Part shown: in pieces, positions 38,039-52,188 of the stretch | Numbering within the stretch: the first letter of the stretch is position 1 | How the letters are laid out: each line of letters begins with the position of its first letter | Source of the DNA: Octopus vulgaris | Lineage: Eukaryota | NCBI GenBank assembly: GCA_951406725.2 | Contig: OX597815.1 | Coordinates: 188,728,001-188,792,000 of the forward strand | Direction: 5' to 3' | DNA: 64,000 bases | Notes under the pieces: model-generated | Database searches by the model: none | The model's input: the letters and a program-made list of their open reading frames with translations, nothing else | Told to the model about the DNA's origin: nothing | Position numbers and translations under genes: made by a program

Positions 38039-38428
38039 TCTATATATATAAAGCTGAAGTTGTCTGTGTGTGGCAGGTTGGGTATCCTTCAACTAACACT
38101 ATCTCCTCCGAGACCCTGTGGTGCAAGTTGACCCAAATTGAGAGTATGATAGAAGAAGGCTTGCTCTTCCTTCTGCAGAAGATAAAATTCAAATCGGACC
38201 ATGTTAACACCAAAAATTATTTACATCAAAAAGGTGGGTTTTTTTCTATGAAAATCCCTATTTTTACGATTTTTTTACTGCTATGTTGTCATTTTTCAGT
38301 GTATTTCAACCAGAAAAATGTTCACTTAAAGAGAATAACAAGCTACATAATGCAAAATTTTTACTTTTCAAAAGTTCCAATTCTAAAGGGTCGAAACAAA
38401 TCCGAGCAACGCCGGGTGATGCTGCTAG
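38039..38428 (+). mobile_element. Non-autonomous Helitron
   Basis: A|TC(TA)nAAGCTG 5' end, subterminal hairpin ccgagcaacgccggg, CTAG|T 3' end, no TSD; second copy at 49268-49663. Confidence 0.88.
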
Positions 38429-38912
38429 TTGGTAAATAAGTCATATCATTGGTTCTTTACTCATTCCAATCTCCAGTCCCATTTTTTATCTTTCTCTGAT
38501 AGTTTGGTTTTTGCATTCTCCTCCATGGCATACAATTTTCAACTAAAATGGTTGTATGTACCCAAGGAGAAAGCGCACTGGACAGTTACAGGACATCCGT
38601 AATATTATGTAAGACACATCCACTGCACTTTTGAAACAAATGTAATACTTGACAACTTCTTCCATCCCTTTTAATTAAAGATTTGAATATGACATTATAA
38701 GCAATAAATGTTGCTTTTACAATGTGGTTGTCAGTTACATGTCATCGTGTCAGAATTTAGTATCTAATCTTGATATGGGATGAACTGTATTTGATACATT
38801 GATTAACAAATTTCATTGGTCAGTTATTGAGTCATCTGTATTTTCTATACAAGCCATGTTTATGCTAGAGACTAACAAACTGTGTTTTACCATGATCACT
38901 TGACTGATCCTA

Positions 38913-38945
<33 letters not shown>

Positions 38946-38970
38946 TATTATTATTATCATTATATATCTA

Positions 38971-39120
<150 letters not shown>

Positions 39121-39572
39121 CACATATATATATGCATATATATGTATAAGTACATATATTTGTATATATATGCATCGTTTCATATATGTATATATATATA
39201 TATATACACATACACACATACATGTTTCTGTATATATGTGTATGTGTGCGTGTGTGTGTAAATCTTTTCGAAACTTAACATGTAATTTTCATTTGAAATT
39301 TATTGGACATTTAACATATAATTTGCGTTTTACATTAAATATATTTTTTTGTAGTGAAATTTTAGTTGCCATGGTTTCCTCATTTTCTTTGAAAGAAACG
39401 TTCTAAATTGTTTATAACATGATATTTGTTTTTTTTTTTCTACTTTTAGCCAACATGGCAGAAGTTAATTACTCAACTAAGTGCAAAACAATTTATATAA
39501 CGAACAATATATGTAATGCCAATAAAATTATTAAATAGATGGGAAACAATATACTTACTTGTGGTGTTGATT

Positions 39573-40050
39573 TACTCTTTTACTCTTTTACTTGTTTCAG
39601 TCAGTTGACTGTGGCCATGCTGGAGCACCGCCTTTTTAGTCGAGCAAATCGACCCCAGGACTTATTCTTTGTAAGCCTACTACTTATTCTATCGGTCTCT
39701 TTTGCTGAACCGCTGAGTTACAGGGACAGACAGGGACGTAAACACAGCAGCATCGGTTGTCAAGCAATGTTGGGGGGACGAACAGACACACAAACATATA
39801 TACACACACACATACATACATATATATATATATAGTTAATCCAAACAAGAAAACACAGAAAAAAAGAGAAAAAACACAGCAACGCGAGGACGTGGAACAA
39901 TTAAAGTATTATTGATGCTCAGGAGAGAAGGGAAGGAGGGTTTAACGTTTCGAGCGGAGCTCTTCGTCGGAAACAAGGAGAAGGAAAGATCCCAAGAAGG
40001 AAAGACAGAGGAAAAAATATTTTTGCTGGTAGTGCTCAAGAGATCACATG

Positions 40051-40094
<44 letters not shown>

Positions 40095-40490
40095 CATAAT
40101 TTGAATGGAGGCAATATGAATGGAAAATTAGAGGAACATGACTGTGGCCATGCTGGAGCACTATGCTGGTCATGTTCCTCTAGTTTTCCGTTCGTATTGC
40201 CTCCATTCAAATTATAAATTGGAATTTAGCCCAATTTGAGCACTTCGATTGTAGCCTGTTTCTGAGTATTGTTAATGTTAACAATCTTTATATAAAATAG
40301 TATAATTTATATATATATATACATATATATGATGGGCTTCTTTCAGTTTCTGTCTACCAAATCCACCCACAAGGCTTTGGTCGGCCTGAGGCTATTGTAG
40401 AAGACACTTGCCCGAGGTGCCATGCAGTGAGACTGAACCCAGAACCATGCGGTTGGTAAGCAAGCTACTTACCACACAGCCACTCCTATG
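39573..40490 (-). mobile_element. SINE family A split by nested inserts (~39836-40310)
   Basis: Tail 39573-39830 and head 40330-40490. Confidence 0.88.
39940..39974 (-). ncRNA. Minimal type I hammerhead-like motif (core CCGACGA)
   Basis: Minus strand gttt CCGACGA a gagc tcc gctc GAAA C GT T aaac. Confidence 0.65.
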
Positions 40491-40545
40491 TCTATATAAA
40501 ATATTTCTGTACATAATACTGTGGTGTCCTATTAACATTCTAGTA

Positions 40546-40888
40546 CATGGTTCTCTACCGGGGTCCATATGGCCCTTGAGGATTCATATAAGTTTTTTAA
40601 GGATCCACACAACAAAATAGTAAATAGGGGATTCACAATAGTATTTTAAGAGTCTGTGAAAACATTTTGCTATAGATGTGTGAATTGGCATATATTACAA
40701 GAAACAGTTAGGTTTCTTTCTATAACATTTAACCTACACAAGTTAATGTGTGAAACTCAAAATAGGAATTCTGAAAGAAGTTTCTATAAACCTAGATTTT
40801 AAATATTGAATTGCTATGGAATGGGGGCACCAGAATAAAATAGCAATCAAAAGGGGTCATATATAACAAAATGGTTTAAAAAACCTTG
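40546..40888. mobile_element. hAT-like MITE
   Basis: Ends catggttctc.. / ..aaaaccttg, flanked by 8-bp ttctagta / ttatagta. Confidence 0.55.
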
Positions 40889-41548
40889 TTATAGTAGAAA
40901 GAACAATGATAGCTTTCTTCACAATAATACAGTAGTGTCTTATTGACTCTTTACCTGTTCAGTGTATCACATGATCTGAGTGTCATCTTAGGAGCATTAT
41001 AGGCCCCTTGAGAAAATCAATGCTCTGGACCCTATAGTTGCTAGTTATTGATTGGGAGCTATAGCATGGACAGATTAGAATTGGATCCTTGGACTGTGAG
41101 GCTCCTGGGAAAATCAGTGCACTGGACACTGTGGTATTTAGTTATGAACTGCAAGCAACATCACGGATAGGTCAGAAAGTGGCTGTGAGTTCGTTTCCTG
41201 GTGGCATATGGGTTCTTGAGCAAGACACTTTATTTCATGTTGTTTTAGTCTACTCAGCTGGCAAAAATGAATTGTAGCTGTAATTAAATGGGGGCAGCCT
41301 TGTCATGCTGAATCTCTCTCAGAACTACATTAAGGCTACATGAGTCTGTGGAGTGCTCAGCCACTTGCATTTTAATTTTACATGCAGGCTATTTCATTGA
41401 CTGGAGGAACTGGAACCCCCATTGCCTGTTATTCGATCAGAATTGGATCCTTAGACCTGTGAGGCTTCCAGGTCAATAAATGCTATGGGCCCTACAGTAT
41501 TTATTTACTAACAGCAAGCTGCAGCAAATATATCAATGAGAATGTTTG

Positions 41549-41845
41549 TTCCTTCTCGAGCCATGCCTAGCTTATAAGGGCCGGTTTCCCGGTTTCCTTG
41601 GCGTATAGGTTCTCCACCTGGACAGGACGCTGGCCCATCACAGGTGAACTGCAAGATGCAGGAGGAAAGAGTGCAAGAAAGTTGTGGCGAAAGAGTCTGC
41701 AGAAGTTCGCCATTACCTTCTGTCGGAGCCACGTGGAGCTTAGGTGTTTTGCTCATAAACACACACATCACCTGGTCTGAGATTCAAACCTACGATCCCT
41801 CGACCACGAGTCCGCTGCTCTAACCACTAGGCCATGTGCCTCCAC
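41549..41845 (-). mobile_element. SINE family C
   Basis: Family match; tatcaatgagaat is duplicated on both flanks. Confidence 0.88.
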
Positions 41846-42930
41846 TATCAATGAGAATCAGGCCCCTAGACTCATAATTCCACAAGGCGAGTTTCCTGGT
41901 GTGCCTATGCCATCAGATGGCATTACATATGATGCACATTCTACACTTTTTCGACCAGCCAGAGTAACTTGTAGCTTATGAAATGAAAGCTTTATATTTC
42001 TCAGAAAGTGTGGAACAGAAAGTATGAAACAAGCATGGACGTTAAGGACAAACATATGAAAATGCTTTGAACAGGCAAAGCAATTTTATCTAATAAGATG
42101 AGGTGAGATGTTTTTCTTCATTGTAGGTATCTGAAAATAAAGAAACTAAAATATACTGTGAATGGAATTTATTTTAATTTGATATGGTAATAAATGGTGT
42201 ATAGAAAACATTCAGTGATATAGACAGTGATACTGCAGTGTAAGCTAGAAAAGTAAAAAAGAAAAAAAAAAAGACCAAAAATTTATCAAAATACTCATAA
42301 TAAAGAAATTATATTCAATTATGTTCCAGAGTTAGACTGAGTGGTAAGTGATTTGATCTGTGATTGTGTGTCGAACTTCCTAATAATAAAAACAAATTAT
42401 TTCATCATGGAGAACTTCATTAGTCATTGAAACACATACCGTTGCGTGCAAGGTAGAACTGATTAGCTTAATGAAAAAAAAAAAAAAAAAAAAAACTTCA
42501 ATTATTTTTTAGTTGTCTTTTGCAACTTTGTTACTGTATGGCAATACCACAGATATTCAATGTTAGTTACATTCAGCTAAGTTTGCAATGATACCATATA
42601 TATTTCATACATTGTACTGAGTTCACGAAATTAATTACTTTTTTTTTGAGAGATAATCACCATCGTTATTATTGAATGCTCATATATGAAAATCAATAAT
42701 AATTCAAAATATATAAAATACATATATAATAGAATCTTTAAAGAAATTCAAAGATAATCACTTATGCTGCACAATCCCATGACATATCTATCTATATACC
42801 TACCTACCTACCTACCTACCTACCTACCTACCTACCTACCTACCTACCTACCTACCTACCTAACTACCTACCTACCTACATACATACATACATACATACA
42901 TACATACATACATACATACATAAATATATA

Positions 42931-43139
42931 CAAGGTGCGGTGAATAAATTGTCTAAATTACACAAAATGAAAATATCACTGACATCTCATTTTAACAGAT
43001 ATATTTACCAAATTTACATAAAGATATCATGAAATACTAACCACAACCTCCAGATGACTTTAAATCTCTTGCAACTCTTCTGGATGGTCTCCTTGTTTAA
43101 GTTGGTGAATGCTGCCATAATCCTTGCTTTCAGTTCATC
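42931..43139 (-). mobile_element. 3' end fragment of the maT-type transposon
   Basis: TA plus TIR caaggtgcggtgaataaattgtc; reverse complement similarity to 33003-33227. Confidence 0.85.
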
Positions 43140-43282
43140 ACTTTCAGTTCACCTCACTCAATTGCATCCCACACATAATAATCAAAGGGGTTATATATAC
43201 ATATATATGTGTGTATGTCTGTGTATATATATATATATATGTATATACAAATATGTATATATATATGTGTGTATATATAAAT

Positions 43283-44383
43283 ATCATCATCATCATCATC
43301 ATCATTTAACGTCCGCTTTCCATGCTAGCATGGGTTGGACGGTTCAACTGGGGTCTGGGGAGCCCGAAGGCTGCACCAGGCCAGTCAGATCTGGCAGTGT
43401 TTCTACAGCTGGATGCCCTTCCTAACGCCAACCACTCCGAGAGTGTAGTGGGTGATTTTATGTGCCACCGACACAGGTGCCAGACGAGGCTGGCGAACGG
43501 CCACGCTCGGATGGTGTTTTTATGTGCCACCGACACAGGTGCCAGACGAAGCTGGCGAACGGCTACGCTCGGATGGTGTTTTTATGTGCCACCGACACAG
43601 GTGCCAGACAAGGCTGGCAGACGACCACGCTCGGATGGTGTTTTTATGTGCCACCGACACAGGTGCCAGACAAGGCTGGCGAATGGCCACGCTCGGATGG
43701 TGTTTTTATGTGCCACCGACACAGGAGCCAGATTAGGCTGGCGATCGGCCACAATTGGATGGTGATTGTTACGTGCCCACAGCATGGAGGCCAGTCGGTG
43801 CGGCACTGGCTACGGACACGTTCGGATGGTTTTCTTGTGTGCCACCTGCACTGGTACCACAAGATACAAATTCCATTGATGTTCATCTATTTTGATTTTG
43901 TTTGATTTCACTTGCCTCAACAGGTCTTCACAAGTGTCACAAGAAGGAAGGTATGCACAGGTGGACTGACTACGTCCCAGGTAGGGGCCACGGGTTATGG
44001 CCTGACTAGTCTTGCCGGGTCTTCTCACGCACAGCATACTTCCATAGGTCTCGGTCTCTAGTCATTTCCTTGGTGAGACCTAAAGTTCGTAGGTCGTGCT
44101 TCACCACTTCGTCCCAGGTTTTCCTGGGTCTACCTCTTCCACAGGTTCCCTCAACTGCTAGGGTGTAGCACTTTTGCACACAACTATCTTCAGCCATTCT
44201 CGTCATATGACCATACCAGCGCAGCCGTCTCTCTTGCACACCACAACTGACGCTTCTTAGGTTCAACTTTTCTCTCAAGGTACTTACACTCTGACGATTA
44301 TGAACACTGACATTACACATCCATCGGAGCATACTGGCTTCATTTCTTGCGAGCTTACGCATATCCTCAGCAGTCACGGCCCA
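43283..44383 (-). mobile_element. RTE-clade LINE, 5'-truncated
   Basis: [31 protein letters not shown]; five 62-bp tandem units at ~43452-43745. Confidence 0.92.
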
Positions 44384-44405
44384 TATATTTATATATATAT
44401 ATGTA

Positions 44406-44472
<67 letters not shown>

Positions 44473-44500
44473 ATGTATATATATATATGTATGCATGTAT

Positions 44501-44907
44501 GGCAGGAGTGGCTGTGTGGTAAGTAGCTTGTTTATTAACCACTCGGTTCCGGGTTCAGTCCCACTGCGTGGCACCTTGGGCAAGTGTCTTCTACTATAGC
44601 TTCGGGCCGACCAAAGCCTTGTGAGTGGATTTGGTAGACGGAAACTGAAAGAAGTTCGTCGTATATATGTATATATATATATATGCGTGTGTGTGTTTGT
44701 GTGTGTGTGTTTGTCCCCCTAGCATTGCTTGACAACCGATGCTGGTGTGTTTATTTCCCCGTTACTTAGTGGTTCGGCAAAAGAGACTGATAGAATAAGC
44801 ACTGGGCTTACAAAAGAATAAGTTCCGGGGTCGAGTTGCTCGATTAAAGGTGGTGCTCCAGCATGGCCGCAGTCATATGACTGAAACAAGTAAAAGAGTA
44901 AAAGAGT
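44501..44907 (+). mobile_element. SINE family A
   Basis: Family match. Confidence 0.9.
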
Positions 44908-45252
44908 ATATATATATAAATATTAATTCACTTGGTTCAGAAAATATTTTGTAATAATATTGTATATCATTAAATATGAACATTGGCCATCATCGTATGT
45001 CTATGACCTACCTGGTAACTATTACACTACATTTGTGTATACATTAAACATGAAAGTCAGTAGTTGGCCAGTTCTGTTTATATTTTAGTTCTGTTTACAT
45101 TCTTTGATTTATGAAATAATAAACCATCTTGTTGAAACAAAGTGCAATTAAAGCACCAGTATTTTATTCATTTAGCAACTGAATAAATCATATCTCAGAA
45201 TAAATCATATTTCTAAGACGGCAGCCTATGATAATGGTAAAGATGTATCACC

Positions 45253-45290
<38 letters not shown>

Positions 45291-45314
45291 GTCATCATCA
45301 TCATCATCATCACC

Positions 45315-45360
<46 letters not shown>

Positions 45361-45810
45361 ACATCTGCTTTTCATGCTGGCATGGGTTAGACAGTTTGAC
45401 TGGAACTGGGAGGCCAGAGAGCTGTACCTGGTTCCAGTCTGGTTTGGTTTGATTTCTATGACTGGGTGCCCTTCCAAATGGCAGCCACTCCAAGAGTGTA
45501 ATAGGTGCTAGTTAAGTGGTTCTGTCACTGGTGCCAGTTATGTGCCACTGGCATCGGCCATGACCATCATTTCATTTGATCTCATGAGTCTCCTCAAGCA
45601 AAGCATATCAACAAAGGTTGTGGTCACTTGTCATTGCCTCTGTGAGGCCCAACATTCAAGGGTCATGCTTCACCACCTCGTCCTATGAATTCCTAAGTCT
45701 TCCTCTACCACACATTTCCTCTAGAGTTAAGGACCAACACTTCTTTACACAGCTGTCCTCATCCATACACATCACATGATGATAACATTGCAGTCATCTC
45801 TCTTGCACAG
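45253..45810 (-). mobile_element. Older RTE-clade LINE fragment
   Basis: Diverged homology to 43283-44240; long (ATC)n tail. Confidence 0.8.
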
Positions 45811-45885
45811 CATTAGATTTGATGCTTTTTTCCAAGGAATCTAATGCTCTTAGCTTAGTTTTTCCTTGAGGCTGGCCAGATTGGA

Positions 45886-45950
45886 GCAATGTCAAGATTA
45901 ATCAGCTGAAATGCAAGGATGATCTGGTTCTTGACTGAAGATAAAAGGCT
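45886..45950 (+). ncRNA. Permuted hammerhead family P2, mutated copy
   Basis: gcaa TG tcaaga ttaatc agct GAAA tgc [14 nt] tcttga CTGAAGA taaaa ggct; position 17 is G, predicted inactive. Confidence 0.6.
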
Positions 45951-46054
45951 TCGAACAACCCGTTTTTTTGTATCGTCTATCTGGATGTTTTGTTGTCCCC
46001 TTTTGTATCACCTAGTTGTCCGGATGTTTTGCGATCTTGTCCCATTTTGTATTT

Positions 46055-46097
<43 letters not shown>

Positions 46098-46205
46098 TAC
46101 ACTGAATTTTTGTGTTTTACTACCAAGTGTATGAATATGTCTGTGTATGAGTGTCTGTGTTTACATACATACACACACACACACACAAATGTACACACAT
46201 ATATA

Positions 46206-46580
46206 CAGGGTAATTCAAAAGTTGCCATACATAGGAACAATTTAGCTTTTTCTATAAGGAACAGTTTATAAGAACAGTTTTTTTTTATATTTAACAGGCT
46301 CTGTATGGTTACCCTTGTTTTGAATACATATTGCAACACATTTACTCCTCTCATTGTGAACTCATAATAGCACATCTGGTGATACTTGTGCAAATGATTT
46401 GGTGATGTGTTCCTTCAAATGATTTATGTCTTTTATCTTTCTGTGATACACCATGCCTTTCAAATGGCCCCAATGACAGAAATCAAGAGGGGTCAGATCA
46501 GGGGATCTAGGGGAACTTATAAACTGTCTATAATAAAAAAATAAATTTTTCCTATGTATGGAGACTTTTGAATCACCCTG
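46206..46580 (-). mobile_element. Internally deleted Tc1/mariner-superfamily element
   Basis: TA TSD; 30-bp TIRs cagggtaattcaaaagttgccatacatagg / cctatgtatggagacttttgaatcaccctg; minus-strand remnant PRSPDLTPLDFCHWGHLKGMVY. Confidence 0.92.
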
Positions 46581-46973
46581 TAGTTGTCCAATAAGTCTTC
46601 ATAAGTCCATGCGACTGTGTTCAATGATTGTGAGTTTACCTTTCACACTTGGACGATTTTTCAGTATGAAACTCTTTCAATAAAAGAATTATTGACTGTT
46701 ATGAGACAAAATTAACAATATTGTGTTTGTATGTTTGCATGATTTTTAGAAGGGAGAATATCATTGACAGGAACCATTCATCTAGTCCAAGCATTTGCAA
46801 CAGAGATAAAAGTGCCCCAGTAATAAGAAATTGCATGAAACAGGATAGGGTAATCTTTATATAGGTGAGGATGAAAAGGGCAGCTTGAAGTAAATAGTAA
46901 CTGCTAAATATCAATCAAGTGATTGCATAAAAACATTCTTTTAATTTTATAGAAGGAAAATAATTCAATATTA

Positions 46974-47390
46974 GGTGCAGGAGTAGCTGTGTGGTAAGTA
47001 GCTTGTTTACCAGCCACATGGTTCTGGGTTCAGTCCCACTGCATGGCACCTTGGGCAAGTGTCTTTTACAATTGCCTCGGGCCGACCAAAGCCTTGTGGG
47101 TGGATTTGGTAGACGGAAACTAAAAGAAGCCCGTCGTATATATGTATATATATATATATGCGTGTGTGTGTTTGTGTGTCTGTGTTTGTCCCCCTAACAT
47201 TGCTTGACAACCGATGCTGATGTGTTTATGTCCACGCGACTTAGAGGTTCGGCAAAAGAGACCGATAGAATAAGTACTGGGCTTACAAAAGAATAAGTCC
47301 TGGGGTCGAGTTGCTCGATTAAAGGCGGTGCTCCAGCATGGCCGCAGTCAAATGACTGAAACAAGTAAAAGAGTAAAGAGTAGAGAGTAA
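46974..47390 (+). mobile_element. SINE family A
   Basis: Family match. Confidence 0.9.
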
Positions 47391-47436
47391 AAACAATTCA
47401 ACATATATGAATATATATATAAGAATGGCTAGTATA

Positions 47437-47898
47437 GGCACAGGAATTGGGTGTGTGGTAAGAAGCTTGCTTCCCAGACATATGCTTTTAGGTTCAGTCC
47501 CACAGTGTGGCACCATGGGCAAGTGTCTTCTATATTATAGCTTCAGGTTGACCAAAGCCTTGTGAATGGATTTGGTAGATGGAAACTGAAAGAAGCCCAT
47601 TGCATATATCATCATCATCATCGTTTAATGTCTGCTTTCCATGCTGGCTTGGATTGGATGGTTTGACTGCGGACTGGCAAGCCAGTAGGCTGCATCAGGC
47701 TCCAATCTCATCTGGCAATGCTTCTACAGCTGGATGTCCTTCCTAACACCAACCACTCTGAGAGTGTAGTGGGTGCTTTTTAAGTGCCACAGGCACAAGA
47801 GCCCATCAATCACGTTCAGATAGTGCTTTTTATGTGCCACTGGCACAGGAGCCAGTTAGGGAGCACTGGCATCAACCACTTTCATATATATATATATT

Positions 47899-47954
<56 letters not shown>

Positions 47955-48433
47955 TATGTCATCATCATCATTTAGCGTCCGTTTGTAACATATGCTAGAT
48001 AAATTTCCTCTATTTACATGGGTTGGACAATATATATATATAGATATGTTCAACTGGGGCTAGCTGTGGACGGTTCAACTGCTGTGAAGCCGGAAGGCTT
48101 CATCAGGCCCAGTCAGATCTGGCAGTGTTTCTACGGCTGGATGCCCTTCCTAACGCCAACCACTCCGTGAGTGTAGTGGGTGCTTTTTACGTGCCACCCG
48201 CACTTACGTGCCACCAGCATATATATATATGTATGTATGTATGTGTGTGTATCTGTGTGTCAGTGTTTGTCCCTAACCATTGCTTGACAACCAGTGTTGG
48301 TGTGTTTACATCCCCATAAATTAGTTAGGCTCAAAAAAAAAGTACTGGGATTGCTTTGTTTGACTACAATTCTTCATGGCAGTGTCCCAGCATGGCCACA
48401 GTCTAATGACTGAAACAAGTAAAAGGATAAAAG
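47437..48433 (+). mobile_element. Old SINE family A split by two minus-strand RTE tails
   Basis: Head 47437-47605, RTE tails ~47608-47880 and ~47958-48218, tail ~48240-48433. Confidence 0.8.
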
Positions 48434-48468
48434 AACAAAAGAAAAATAGGATAAGAAAATACTTTAAA

Positions 48469-48689
48469 AATTGTAGCATGGAAGGTGTTTATAAGCCATT
48501 CAAAAACACACAAAATCCATTAGATTCACTTCGACATTTAAATTTGCATGGAATTTTGTCAGTGAACAGGTCACGATCTCAAAGCGACGAAAATATTCTG
48601 ACACAAATTGAATTTAAATGTTGAAGTGAATCTAACGATTTTTGTATGTTTTTTTTAAATGGCTTACAAACATCTTCCAAGCTGCAATT
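48469..48689. repeat. Imperfect inverted repeat (~77 bp arms)
   Basis: ttagattcacttcgacatttaaatt / aatttaaatgttgaagtgaatctaa. Confidence 0.85.
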
Positions 48690-49267
48690 GTTTTTGTTTC
48701 AGCACACGATCTCAGATCAGGTCACTTGCTATGCAAGTACATCTCTGTAATAGAAATACTTTAGTTTTCTACTTAAGAACATATCAGAAGTAGGGAAATA
48801 ATTGCATGCATGCACATCAGAATATCACCAGAAATAAACTATGCTTGAACATCAAATGCATATTAATCTAATGCACAAACTACTGCACAGAAGGTGATTG
48901 TGCAATCTTATTTGAAGTAGATATGAGTGCAGACAACATATTTTCCAAGAGCTTCTCTACCTGAGACTGGTAAAAGACAGATAAGACTACACCAAGCTTA
49001 TAAGATTTTGAGAATATATCGACAAATCCAACGTTGAATCTAATGTATATGTATCACAAATAATTGCATTAAAATAATAACCAACTGTATGTCTGTTTCT
49101 CCTCAATCTGTTACAGTCCATAAGGAATGGTGTTTATCATTCATATCTGTGGTATCTAAGAGGTTACCATTCTATTGCAGGTAACTCTCCATGAGGGGAG
49201 AACTGAACCTAGTATTGCAAGCCAATGAATTAGTTGGCAGTTTTACAGCTCTGCCACTAATTATGAA

Positions 49268-49663
49268 CTAGCAGCATCGCCCAGCATTGCTCGGATTTGT
49301 TTCGACCCTTTAGAATTGGAAGTTTTGAAAAGTAAAAATTTTGCATTATGTAGCTTGTTATTCTCTTTAAATGAACATTTTTTTCTGGTTGAAATACACC
49401 GAAAAATGGCCACACAGCAGTCAAAAACCCGTAAAAAATAGGGATTTTCATAGAAAAAAAGCACCTTTTTGATGTAAATAATTTTTGGTGTTAACATAGT
49501 CCAATTTGAATTTTTTCTTCTACGGAAGAAAGAGCAAGCCTTCTTCTATCATACTCTCAATTTTGGTGAACTTGCACCGCAGGGTCTCGGAGGAGATAGT
49601 GTTAGTTGAAGGCTACCAAACCTGCCATACACAGACAACTTCAGCTTTATATATATAGAGAGA
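49268..49663 (-). mobile_element. Non-autonomous Helitron
   Basis: Reverse complement of 38039-38428 with the same TC..CTAG termini in an A|T site. Confidence 0.88.
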
Positions 49664-50403
49664 TTATATCACCTGTTGGAACCACTTCAAAGTTAGGTGG
49701 ACTTAGCCTTTGAGAGTTCTGCATCTCCAGAAGAGAAACAGTGCAGTATTAATAACAGAATCAAAATTGCTGACCTGTTGGTTACTCTGTTTAACACCCT
49801 ACCCTCATTAGGTTTATGTTCTTCAATTATATTCGAATAAAATACTTGTTCATAAACAGCAGCAGTCAAGTTGGAATTCAGCACAGGGTTTTCAACGAGA
49901 AAAGATTAAATAGCAAATAAATAGGTGGAGCATACAACTTGAAAGAGAAAGTGGAAATTTTGCACTATAGCAGAGGCCAGTTGGATACTGTCAATGTACT
50001 AAGTGAGAACTAATTTTAATATACTTCAGATCCAACCTAAAGAAAACAATTACATGATGATGTAATGCAATAACGTGTAAGCATATGTTGAAGCAATTGA
50101 GTAGGAAACGAAATTACTGAGGAGGACTGCATGAATGAATCACCATATGCTGCAAGTTTGCTTCAAACTTTCAGGTTTCTAAAATAAAGGTGTAGGATTT
50201 CAGCCAAAACACATTATGTCTGAATCGGCCTTTACATAATATCATACTAACATTTTGAAAAATGATACATACCACCTACTTGAAAAATTTACACATACAC
50301 AACTGTTAAATGAAAAGAAAAGAATTAACTGTTCAATGTTGGCACTAGATTTTAACATTTTATCTTTCTGAATATCTACAGCTGAAAATAGAGAAATTAA
50401 CAT

Positions 50404-50625
50404 TATGATGTACTTTCCCAGGTTTTATATATAATAGCAGATACGATGTATTTTCTCAGATTTTATATATAATAGCAGATATGATGTATTTTCTCAGATT
50501 TTATATATAATAGCAGATATGATGTATTTTCTCAGATTTTATATATAATAGCAGATATGATGTATTTTCTCAGATTTTATATAGAATAGCAGATATGATG
50601 TATTTTCTCAGATTTTATATATAAT
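50404..50625. repeat. 38-bp minisatellite, ~5.8 copies
   Basis: Unit gattttatatataatagcagatatgatgtattttctca. Confidence 0.95.
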
Positions 50626-51603
50626 ATAATACATTTGAATCAATGCATCATTTTTTTTTTTTTTGTTCATTGAGAATACTGTATAGCAATCATTAGCAGT
50701 AAATAACCAACAGCAGTAAGCTGTATAAATAAAAAAAAAACTCTGCTAATAAATAAATTTGTGCTCCCTGATGTGAAGTAAAGCTTGGATACAAAATAGT
50801 TTGTAATACAAATATGACTAATGGAATTACTATGCCTAGAAAAAGCACCTGTTAGACTTCTAGCAGCCACTAAAAGACTACGATACTAGTCTTCTATTAT
50901 CATGCTAGCATGTTGTCACATGTATCACATGAGAAATAAAATATATAAGAAGAAACAGCTACAAGTTGATGATATTTCATGTTGCCCTAGCATACTAACA
51001 ATATGTGAGAGATGAATGTATATCTCATTAATGTGAGAAGCAGTGCTATCATTCATAAAGTGAGTCATGTCTCTTGGACCGGCAACATCTACTTTCAATG
51101 ATATGCACTTGTGATTCAGTAAAAGGTAATAATGACAACTAAATATTTTATGAAAGAAACCAAGATATTCTAAGCTTCTATATAATGTGACAGGGAAATT
51201 TTAACTGAGCCAAAATTATGAGGAGAATATAATAAGCGGTTTGTGCAAAATGTCAGTAAGATATTACATTTCTGCAAAGGAGAACAGCATAAAAACCAAA
51301 ATAAATAAAATATAAGTGTGTTGTGCGTATAAAAAGGAATCACTCAGATGATGTGGATACCAAAGTCAGCAAATTATGAAATAGATGCAAACCTTTCAAA
51401 ATAATTAATGAATTAGAAAAAAGAGAAAAAAAAAAAAATTGCGTTTTGCACTTTGATTAAATGCATCCAGATAATTCAGGAACAAAAATATATTGGTAAT
51501 TTCTTTTACTATATACAACACACACACACATATATATTTATATACATATATATATATGTATATACATATATATATATATACCTATATGCATATATATATA
51601 CAT

Positions 51604-51682
<79 letters not shown>

Positions 51683-51826
51683 TGATATAATGAAGGAAAT
51701 TACTGATAAAAAGTGCTCAGGTGCACAACAGCTAAAAATATATATATACATGCATTTAGATTTATATGAATATATATGTATGTATGCACATATATATATA
51801 TATATATATACATATATATGTATGTA

Positions 51827-51902
<76 letters not shown>

Positions 51903-51982
51903 ATACATTTGAATCAATGCATCATTTTTTTTATTCATTGAGAATACTGTATAGCAATCTCTCCTTGTTTTTTTCTGTGTCC

Positions 51983-52018
51983 CTTTCTGTAGAAGAGCGT
52001 AGGCTCGAAACGTAAAAG
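51983..52018 (+). ncRNA. Minimal hammerhead-like motif (core CUGUAGA)
   Basis: cttt CTGTAGA a gagc gtag gctc GAAA C GT A aaag. Confidence 0.55.
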
Positions 52019-52122
52019 ACTTTTTCTATTCCTGAGCGTTATACTAATACATCTGTTTGTTTTGTACACCACCTGTCTTCGTCTTTTGTTTTTTACGTAA
52101 ACTCTCCATATATATATATATT

Positions 52123-52181
<59 letters not shown>

Positions 52182-52188
52182 GTATACA

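Noticed and set aside
43452-43745. CRISPR-like regular repeats (also 1610-1830, 15032-15325 and 50404-50625)
   Set aside because: Whole units are repeated with no unique spacers, there are no cas genes, and the context is eukaryotic LINE UTR or minisatellite
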